DNA of 64,000 bases from positions 248,001 through 312,000 of the forward strand of contig JAHLTZ010000031.1 in assembly GCA_025786725.1 (NCBI GenBank), read 5' to 3'. The stretch comes from Syncephalis fuscata S228. Lineage: Eukaryota; Fungi; Zoopagomycota. Under the pieces are notes generated by a model that ran no database searches, was not told the DNA's origin, and worked only from the letters and a program-made list of their open reading frames with translations. Below, piece after piece: positions 53,596 to 63,483 of the stretch (within the stretch, counting starts at the first letter, position 1; each line of letters begins with the position of its first letter). The translations under genes were made by a program, and so were the position numbers.

Positions 53596-56444
53596 TTATG
53601 GATTAGCTGTATTTATAAATAAATATGTTGCATGTCATATAGTTAATGTATAGATTAGCAATATAAAATATAACTTACCTTCTATTAGTATTAAGTTATT
53701 GGTACACAAAATAAATAACATGTAATTAGTAAGTAACCAATTAATATGAAATGCTACTTACGGCCTATTAGTATTAAGTTGTTAGTACACATGATGCATA
53801 ACATGTAATTAGTAAGTAATCAATTAATACACAATACTACTTACATTCTATTGATATTAAGATGTTGTTGAATACAGTATATAGTATAAATTAGCGCATG
53901 TTCTATTGATATGCAATACAACTTACCTTCTATTATTATTAAGTTGTTAATAGATACAGTAAATAGCATGTGGTTAGGGAGTATCCAGCTAGTATAAAAT
54001 ATAACCTACTGTCTATTAATATTAAATTATTGATGAGCACAATACATGGTATATAATTAATATGTATTCAGTTAGTACATAACACAACTTACTGCCTATT
54101 AATATTAATTTGTTGATGCATATAGTAAATAGAATGTAATTAATATATAATCAATTAATATACAATACTACTTACAATCTATTATATTAAGTCGTTGATG
54201 CATACAGTACATAATATATAATTAGTAGATAGTTAGTTAATATAAAATATCGGGGACGTTGCTAGCCCAGTTGGTAAGGCAGCGTCTCCCGAGCTGAAGG
54301 CTCCGGGTTCAAACCTCAGTTTGAATCAATCCTTAAGTGGAAAATCCCCCCCTCCAGTTTTCTCTAGTTAACAAATTGCAAACCAGAACCCAATAAGTAG
54401 GTCCGGAAACAAGACCTTGGCCAGAATAGCCGAGGAAAACCCAATTGGGACCAACTTCAAGAGAATAGTGCTGTGTAGCACCATTTAAAGGAAGATGGCC
54501 CCCGTGTAAAATCTATATGGACCAGATTTTGCGCAAAAACGTGGCAGTCCACCCGTTAAAAGTTTGGAAAAGTCCAAATATAGTGGGAAGCAGCGCAAAT
54601 TCTTTAATTATGCGCAGCGGGGGCTCACAAGCTCTTCAAAATAAAAAAATAAATAATATAAAATATCACTTACTGTCTATTATATCAAGTTAATTCATAC
54701 AATGAGTAGCATAGTTAATGTATAGTCAGTTAATATACAAAACCACTTACATTCTATTAATATTAAATAGTTGGCACATCAGTGAATAACAGCTAATATA
54801 TAGTCAGTTAATTTACAATATTACTTACCACCTATTAATATTACATAATTAGTATAAGCAGTAAATAACAGTTGTTGTATAATCAGTTAATATACAAAAC
54901 CACTTACAAACTATTAATATTAAATAGCATAGTTAATATATAGTCAGTTAATATACAATATTACTTACTGACTATTAATATTAAATAAGTACAATTAGTA
55001 AATAGCATAGTTAATGTATAGCCAGTTAATATACAATACCACTTACACCCTATTAATATTAAATAGTTGGTATAGTTATTAAATAGCATAGTTAATATAT
55101 AGCCAGTTAATATACAATACCACTTACTAACTATTAATGTTAAATAGTTGATATAGTTATTAAATAGCATAGTTAATATATAGTTAATTAATATGCAATA
55201 CAACTTACAGGCTATTAATATTAAATAGTTGGTACAATCGTTAAATAGCATAGTCAATGTATAGCCAGTTAATATACAATACCACTTACGACCTATTAAT
55301 ATTAAATAGTTGGCACAATCATTAAATAGCATAGTTAATGTGTAGTCAGTTAATATACACTATAACTTACGACCTATTAATATTAAATAATCGACACAGT
55401 CAGTAAATAGCAGTTAATATATAGTCGATGGATATACAATATCACTTACCACCTATTAATATTAAGTTATTGGTACACACAATACACGATATATAATTAG
55501 CCAATGCCCAGTTAATATACAATACCACTTACAATTTTCTAATATTAAGTTGTTGATATACACAGTGCATGATATGTAATTAGTGAGTGATTGGTTCATA
55601 TACGATACAACTTACTTCTTTCTGTATTAAATTGTCCACACAGTACAAAATATATAATTAGTGCATAGTCAGTGAATATACAATATTACTTACTAACTAT
55701 TCCATCAAGTTATTGATGCACATAGTGTATGGTATATAATTAATTTATGAGTAAGCAACATACAATACGACTTACCGCCTATTATTATTAAGTTATTAAT
55801 ACACACAGCGCATAATATATAATTAGCCACTGTACAATTAGTATACAATATAACTTACATTGTTCTAATATCAAGTCATTGATACATACAACACATAATA
55901 TATAATTAGTTAATACTCAGCTAATATACAATACAACTTACCCACTATGGCATTAAATTGTTGATACACATAATACATGATATATGATTAATTTATAAGT
56001 CATCAATATACAATATCACTTACAGCCTATTATTATTAAGTCATTGATACACATAGCGCATAGCATGCAATTAGTGCGTAATCAACTAATATACAATATA
56101 ACTTACAGTCATCTAATATTAATTTGTTGATAGATACAGTATATGACATATAGTTAATGTATAGTCAAGTAATATATCATACAACTTACACCCTATTAAT
56201 ATTAAATAAACGGTACAATTAATAAATAGTATAGTTAACGTATAGTCATTTAGTATACAATACAGCTTACTGGCTATTATAATTATTAGTTAGAAATACT
56301 GTTAGTAAACAAAATATTATGACATATTTATTGTTATTGTAACACACCATCACGGCGAACTAAGGCCGGTTTAGCATCAACCATGGATGTACTAGCCACA
56401 ATAGCCACGACAATGGTGCAAACAACGGCAATGGAAAGCTTCAT
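53596..56444 (-). CDS. 30-exon micro-exon gene encoding a 67-aa secreted six-Cys peptide precursor
   Basis: Exon 1 is 56444-56348. Micro-exons (rc): 56271-3 CCA, 56190-2 GGT, 56107-12 ATGACT, 56024-6 GCT, 55942-4 TGG, 55859-64 AACAAT, 55776-8 GCG, 55694-6 TTA, 55616-21 AAAGAA, 55533-8 AAAATT, 55450-2 GTG, 55371-3 GTC, 55290-2 GTC, 55209-11 CCT, 55128-30 TTA, 55047-9 GGT, 54969-71 TCA, 54908-10 TTT, 54829-31 GTG, 54751-3 AAT, 54674-6 ACA, 54176-8 ATT, 54093-5 GCA, 54010-2 ACA, 53927-9 AAG, 53845-7 AAT, 53762-4 GCC, 53679-81 AAG. Last exon 53606-53596 CTAATCCATAA. Each is bounded by YAG and GTAAGT (one GTAAGC, one GTAGGT). Confidence 0.88.
54252..54653 (+). mobile_element. tRNA-derived SINE (402 bp) with 14-bp target-site duplication
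   Basis: 5' GGGGACG..TAGCCCAGTTGG (A box)...GGTTCAAACC (B box), A-rich tail, TSD TAATATAAAATATC at 54238-54251 and 54654-54667. Removing it restores a 79-nt intron like its neighbours. Confidence 0.9.
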
Positions 56445-56630
56445 GGTGATATTGACTTGTTAAGACAAACAAATAAAAGAGATAGTAGAGTGTGGTTGGT
56501 ATAGAATGGAGAGTAGTGCGTGTATAGCAAGAAGTAGAGTGTGGTCGGTATAAAGTGGAGAGTAGTGTGTGTTTAATAAGAAGTAGAGTGTGATGATGAT
56601 ATCGCAGTTGGTTGTGTATATTTTGTGGGC

Positions 56631-56638
56631 TATTTATA
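56631..56638 (-). promoter_or_regulatory. Putative TATA box of the micro-exon gene
   Basis: TATAAATA on the minus strand about 190 nt upstream of the ATG at 56444. A ~47-bp tandem duplication (56485-56590) lies between them. Confidence 0.45.
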
Positions 56639-58496
56639 CTTATGATTATGCTGAAATGCTAGTATACTGTAGTATACGAGATATACCATTGATGTGTAAT
56701 ATGAACCAATAAAGCAATCCAAATAGTGGTTTGAGATGCATATGTACCAATAGATTTATAATGTTGTAGGATGCTTTCCAGGCTTGATTTTAACCTGTCC
56801 GGTCTTTATTTTAACCTGCCTGGTCTTTACTCCAATCTGTTAGTTATTTGCACGAGTACTGTAACGGTGTTCATAATCCAGTACATATGGGATAAAAATA
56901 AACATATTAACCTGGTTTTTGTTACACGGTCTAACTATTTGGTAAAAACAAATATATTGTTCGGCTTTGTAAAACGATAATGATGTCTTTGCTGTCACTT
57001 CCATTGAATGACTCGGGCCCCAATATTTGCATACATACAAATAGCTTACAACATTGTCACAAAAACAAGCTTATGTATTAAACTAGTATTTTATACAGGT
57101 TTTTACTGCTATACATAGGCCAGCCATAATTTTTAAATTATAAAGTGTGTTGATTGGTACATGCGTGCATTTCATTCGACATTATGCCCATTGCTATGGA
57201 GTAATCATTGCTTTGAATTCACAAATGTATCACATCCAGGCATATTATGCTACATGTTGTGCAACTACCATCATTCAAATGGCGGCCAATCCAAGTTACT
57301 TGAAGTCGACTATACAATAAGTACTGTTTATGCATGATGCATCACAGCATTTTGAGCAATGGAACATTCCAACAAGTCATTTTTTACCAGTTTCAGCTGT
57401 AAACTAAATTGCATTGTCTAGATTCTATGCAATGCGATATACAAACGAGAGGCTAGGCACACCAAACAATTCTATTCAAATATTAGCAACTTTGAGTGAA
57501 TAGTGGTAATGGATTACACACCAATCCCTAATTATTCAAGGTTTAAACGCTGCTCAGTCTGTGGCATAATTCAGCACGACATCTTTAACAATAGAACATT
57601 TCATCCAACTAATGATGTTGTCCGTTTTTGTCTATAAAGTAGGCTGTATCGGCTAAATTACACACAATGCAATATGCAGACACTAGATTGGATACAATAG
57701 AAAGTTTTAGCCAAATATCAATAATTTCGAGTGCATAATGTCAATGGACTGCATATCAACTGGTAATCATACAAGGCTTAACTGCTGCTTACATTTCTGA
57801 AACCAATCCTGGCAAGTCAAGCAAGATGGAATATAGAAGAACAAATTAAAGCAGAAACCAATGGAGAAACAAGTGGCAGCTCAAAGGCTTACTAATTTGA
57901 CCTATAGCAAATCATTATGGGCATGCTAAGTTGGACAGTATTTATCAAAAGTTGGCTGTTGCTGATGCGACCAAAACTGCAGCAACGTCAAACCGAGATA
58001 ACGCATAAAAAACAAAGAGTTGTAAATAAAATTGAATCGATGAGTTTTAGTAATTAAATAACTTATTATTGTCAATATAGCTTATAACACTGGCTGTTTG
58101 TACGATAAATATTTACAATCACATTGTTTTCTTATATACTCACATTTACACGACCATCAATTAAGCCAACTATTACAAGACTTAATCTAATTATTTATTA
58201 GAGTAAGCAGCTAACATTATACATTATTGCAACAATAAAAAGACATTTTGTTTTCTACATTTTTATTTACTCATTTCACCATATTTCTTATTACCATTTT
58301 ATTATTCTATTCAGTAATATATTACATGATAATGTTAAATATAAAAATATAAATAGTATGCGTATTTGGACATCAATAAAAACATTATTCAATCCCTAGT
58401 CTTTATTTCTCTTATTTTACATCAACACCTGTTCAAGTAACCTCAACGGCATGCCGTATATTCTGGCTACAACTGTCACCACAAGGTCTTTCTGGT

Positions 58497-58874
58497 GAAA
58501 ACACTCAAACTAGCATTATTGCATATGATGGAGGTTATTTGCTTCATCAATGGTTGGCAAATAAACTGCACCTATTAAGTTGATACCAACAATGCTCAAG
58601 ACAATGGCGAACATCAGAGATGCTAGCCGTTCTATCTTTTTGTCACCATAGACGGGTATCTTACATGGCAAATATGCCCAAATACAACAGTAGAAGATTG
58701 GAAAATAGAAGAGACCATTCAGGCGCAATAATCCATGCTGTACGTAGTAACAACAATAATAATTACGAAACAATATGGAACTGCAATCATATGGCTTTTA
58801 TTAATATTCTATCAACCTTTCTACGCATGGTCAACATCAACAATGATTGGCCTTAAATGTTCCAAAGAGATTAA
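58497..58874 (+). pseudogene. Fanzor/TnpB C-terminal relic (longer copy)
   Basis: Frameshifted translation: IIAY.G..FASSMVGK*TAPIKLI...VTIDGYLTWQICPK...IIHAVRS...ETIWNCNHMAFINI...MFQRD*. This corresponds to the IDEYLTSQxCxxC...WNRD RuvC-II/ZnF/RuvC-III motifs; homologous to 51731-51948. Confidence 0.7.
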
Positions 58875-59157
58875 ATAGCATGTTACATTGTTTATTTAAA
58901 TGTTTAAAATAGCAGTTACTGCTACAATGTTCTGTTACATTTAATCCTATTTTATGAAAATAATAGTATTATTACATTACATTAATATTTATTATGAATA
59001 ACAATTTAAACACAAATTAATTATTTAGATCATTACAATGGATTGCGTAAAATAATTTATTACGTTGAATGGGGGAAATCAAAATAATACCAAATCTGCG
59101 TATTTTCTTTATTGTTTCCAGCTTCTACTACTTTTGGTGTTTGCACAGTCAGTATTT

Positions 59158-60691
59158 ATGAAGCCATTTGATCCTACAGCTGTCGGATTACCGGCCGACT
59201 TTCGTTTCAGCACCTATGCAGGCCTGAAGGGGTGAGGCTGCAAGGGTAAGTAATGCGTATTAAATGAATTCGTTGGCTTAATCTTTCGCGTTCCTTGGTG
59301 CTGTTCAGTGCCTCAAGCCGAGCTACTTGCTTTGCTTGAGGCGTCGGGGATGGGTGAAGTAGATGGCGACGGATTGATGCAGAGCGGACAGGCACCAGAG
59401 CCTGTTGGTACGGATGACTGTAGTATTACACCTACTGCAGTTGAAGGTGTATGGCTAGCGCAGACCACGGATTTCTTTTATCCATTGGTGGATGACCCTT
59501 ATATTATGGTAAGTTCTACTGTTATTGATTATTGACTGCTCTATCCTAATAGAATTTCTATGACGCTAATAGGGGAAAATAGCGTGTGCCAATGTACTAT
59601 CGGATCTTTATGCCATTGGGGCCGTCCAATGTGATACTATGCTTATGTTATTGGGCGTAAGTACCCAACTGACCGATCCTGACGTGCGTCGCAAGGCAAC
59701 AACACTGTGCATGCGCGGTTTCCGTGATTTAGCCGCAGAAGCTGGCACTCGTGTTACAGGCGGACAAACTGTGCGTAATCCTTGGTATTTAGTGGGTGGT
59801 GTGGCTAGTGCAGTAGTAGCTGAATCGAAGTTAATCAGGTAAGCTAGTTTACCAATTAAACTATCTGTTCAGGTTTAGGTAATTAACATATATATATATA
59901 TAGACCAGAGAATGCTCAACCAGGTGATGTTTTAATACTTACTAAGCCACTGGGTACCCAGCCAGCTGTTATGGCTTATGGTTATTTAGCCAATGAAGAA
60001 AAACAACGGCGTCTGGATGGAATAGCCAGTGTTACAGAAAGTAAGCTATGACGACATATTTAGCATTTAGTAAATGGCTTAATTTTTGTAATTATAGTTT
60101 ATCAGTGCTATAACCAAGCAGTGGCATCAATGGCCCGTTTAAATCGTAATGCTGCTATACTAATGCATAAATACGGTAAGTAATATATGCTTAGTTAGAA
60201 CGTACTAATGTTTTAAGTTTATAGGTGCCCATGCTGCTACAGATGTTACAGGATTTGGTTTACTTGGTCATGCTAGTAATTTAGCTGCTGGTCAGAAACA
60301 ACCAGTTGATTTTGTTATACATACACTGCCTGTACTGCCCCATGCACTTGCACTGGATCAAGTTACTGGTTTTGGATTATATGCCGGTAGATCTCCTGAA
60401 ACTTCAGGCAAGTACAAAAAATGAGCGATAATAGGTCATTTATCTAATACAGTATCATTGTTAGGTGGTCTACTCATTGCTCTGCCGTCTGAAGTGGCTA
60501 CTCAGTTTTTGGATGAACTATATACGTTAGATGGCTGGCCCGGATGTATTATAGGCGATGTAGTAAAAGGTAAGTAGTTATTAATATATTAGAGTGAGTG
60601 TGTCTACTTACGCTGTATAGGTGCTGGAAAAGCACAATTACTACCACAAGACCAAATTACTGTCAAGACGATTGAGGTTGATTTAGTATAA
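59158..60691 (+). CDS. SPS2: Selenophosphate synthetase, selenocysteine-containing (SPS2/SelD)
   Basis: [26 protein letters not shown](TGA 59233-59235)-GCK|VPQ, intron 59246-59308; [67 protein letters not shown]. Confidence 0.95.
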
Positions 60692-60733
60692 ATAACCGTT
60701 TTTAATATGGTCTGTTCGCATTGATTTCTACCC

Positions 60734-60816
60734 AGACAACTCGATATGAAAGCTTTAGACGTCAAATCTATACACTCATCTTGGTGTAGCGTCCAAGTGC
60801 TTGATATGTCGTGTCT
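60734..60816 (+). promoter_or_regulatory. SECIS element (form 2) in the SPS2 3' UTR
   Basis: ATGAA (60746-50)/TGAT (60802-05) quartet; helix AGCTTTAGACG/CGTCCAAGTGCT; unpaired AAA at 60764-66; apical mini-stem TACAC/GTGTA; lower stem AGACA/TGTCT. Confidence 0.85.
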
Positions 60817-61943
60817 CTATGGCTTATCCGAATCCCCAGATAACCCATTGATTCATGTTCCGATTGTTGCGATTGTGGTAAAATGTGCAGAACGACAAGT
60901 TAATAAAAAAATCTATTGAAACATTATTGGACTTATTCTGTACTCTCATAAACAGACTATGTTTATTCAATTATATAGCAATCTATCAAAAATAGAGATA
61001 AGTATGCTACTTTACCATATAATTTTTATACTAAATAGTAATCACATTATATACTAATACGATGTCATGCAAATACACTCAATTATGTCTCTAACATATA
61101 TAATTGCAATACTTGCATATTGAGTTATCTTTTGAATTGCAATATAGCTACAAAGTATCGATTTATGTTAGCGATCAATGAATCTCATTTGTACAAATTT
61201 AGTGTTATTACGCTTGTTTAGTTAATCAATTAATAAAAGTTATTAAACATATTATCAATATAGCATTCCCAATCAACAATGGTTAACACCGATACGACAT
61301 TAGTTCTAATACATTAAACCTGCACTTTTTTTAACGAATATTCACAAGTGTGCGTAGATATTCGTAGTTTTGTAAACTTGAGAAATACACAGATCCTTTT
61401 TAATAGAGCAAGCTTTATTAAATATAGCCATTTAACGCAGAATCATACTAAATGATTAATGAATTCAATTAAATTCTATAATAATGTTAAATGACATACA
61501 ATATTTTATATGATGATGCAGTTTATTTAACTTAATAGATAGATATCATAATCCAGATACTCTTAAAATTAAATTTTAGAGACCGATAACACACAGTAAA
61601 TGCTTGCTAGCTTATTAAAACTAATATAAATAAATGAACTGTTTTACGGCCATTAGTTTGGTGGCGACATATGAATGAATTAATAGTAAATTCAGAACTA
61701 CCAAATAAAGAAATTGTTTGAGCCTTGCGTAGCAGATAGTCTTTTGCGTGAGGAAGAAAAGGTGAAACGAAGACGTGTGAATGATATCACAAGACATATG
61801 CGATCACTGTCATTGAGCTGCATGACAAGCGTGGTTCACAAAGGCCGATAGAGGCACACAGTATCACTACGTGTGCATCTTTCTAAATCCTTTCCTTTAA
61901 ATAACACTAATAAATAGCTAGAGTATTCCTCCGTTATTCCACC

Positions 61944-62501
61944 ATGCAGCCAAACTACTCTTATTGTTTATTGCTCTTATTACCGTCAACTTCGTTATGG
62001 CCGAGTCACTTGATGATTTGAAGGTTGCCTATGAAAATTTGCGCCAAAAGCAGGGCAAGTTTGCTGGTGGCAATAAATTTCTTCCTGATGTTGATGGATT
62101 TGACGGCGAAAAGCATAAAGTGATGAAGGTAGGCGATTCAGTTATAGTCGGCTATCTTATGATCAAACATGCTAATTGGTATATTTTAGGCGCTACAAGA
62201 AAGGCTGGATCAGCCAAGCACTACTGTGAACACTTTGTTTAAGTATATGGGCGAGCCGGACAAGAGACAGACCGTAAGGCCGGGCAAACTATCGAAAGCG
62301 TGCGAACCACTTGCTTCAGAGATTCAAACAATGCCTGGCCCTGCTATACCAGGTGGTGGTGCTAGTTCGACTGCTAGTGCAGATAATGGACCTATCTATT
62401 TTATCTATCAATGGCGTGGATGTCATGACTATCTCTGGTTCGAGATGAATAGCAAGACCAGCAAGGTGATCAAGTCTGGCTGGCATATGGATTTAGAGTA
62501 A
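61944..62501 (+). CDS. Small secreted uncharacterised protein
   Basis: Signal peptide (needs one extra C at about 61950), LRQKQGKFAGG...DVDGFDGEKHKVMK, intron 62129-62189, YFIYQWRGCHDYLWF...KVIKSGWH. Confidence 0.75.
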
Positions 62502-62767
62502 TCAAGTGTTATTGTTTATTTGTAAATAACAGCTAGTAGTGCTATGTTTGGCAGATTAGACTATAAAGATTACCTACTGTATTGATTCAATATGTTTATT
62601 GCTTTAAATAGTTGGCAGAATCCAATAAAAGAGTCTAGTTATAGCTGATGGTGTCTATGATAATAAATGCTATTTAGTCTTTAAATTGCGTTTTATTATT
62701 AGAATATTTATTTATTTGTTATTATTATTTTATTAAACATTTAACATGATTTGGTAGTTAAATAACT

Positions 62768-62875
62768 AATATTTAATAACGCCCAATCTATTGAACATGA
62801 TGATGGGTGGTGAGTGACATCAATCATCAAATACTCATCAGCATAGATTCGTTATCCAGTATGCATATATCCTCT
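62768..62875 (+). repeat. Dispersed repeat family fragment
   Basis: Near-identical to 23866-23972. Confidence 0.85.
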
Positions 62876-63483
62876 ATTGCAAATACTACATATGCCATAC
62901 CTATTATATATTCATCCTACTATATATCGATTCATGCTCAATTAGTTTTACTTTATCCAAAACAGTTGTCTTTCTGTTGCTAACTTTATTATTAACAAAT
63001 CTCGACTCATTTAACTCATTCACAATGCACATTGTATTTATCCCACCGCTATTCGTACCTTTTATTCTATATAGTCATTACATTCTATATTATTATAAAT
63101 TATAATGGCCATGCTTTATCATAATAGTAATAATAACGATAACAACAATAACAACATCAATATTAACAAAGGTAATATTTAATAATAATATTGATGAATA
63201 ATTAATTTGAATAAACAGTTCTCAGTGGTCAGTTGTATTGTTTTCAATCTTTAACACTCACTTTGATCTAGCTTTCACTTTTCATCATCGTGTCAATCGC
63301 GTACAATTCTATTGAATTGAATTGAATATATGCACATACCAATAATACGATCCGATAACAAAGGCGGAGATCGCTGATTGTATTTTGGTGCAATTACGGC
63401 TTCTGGTAAAAAAGATAGTATTACACGAATTGCACAGGATTCTTTTGTTTGGTTCCATATATACTTAGACAGTATCAATCGCT

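Noticed and set aside
54252-54325. Functional tRNA gene (including tRNA-Sec, given the nearby SPS2)
   Set aside because: It has A and B boxes but no closed acceptor stem or cloverleaf, and continues into a 330-bp body with A-tail and TSD. It is a SINE head.
53600-56340. CRISPR array or plain minisatellite interpretation of the ~81-bp repeat; ORF 54961-55332
   Set aside because: Eukaryotic context, no cas genes, and the variable part is only 3-6 nt and lies exactly between AG and GT. The ORF is a by-product of 81-nt periodicity across introns.
53521-56346. Alternative phase-0 reading of the micro-exons (donor GTGTTA two nt later) giving ...DG-PGMTAWNNALKEKIVVVPLGSFVNTIATKNAKLIHKHK...
   Set aside because: This frame is also open, but the donor is weaker than GTGTGT and the product lacks the ordered six-Cys pattern and the prompt stop. 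Disfavoured; only cDNA can exclude it.
59233-59235. Premature stop making SPS a pseudogene
   Set aside because: The TGA falls exactly at the catalytic Sec/Cys position and a SECIS is present downstream.
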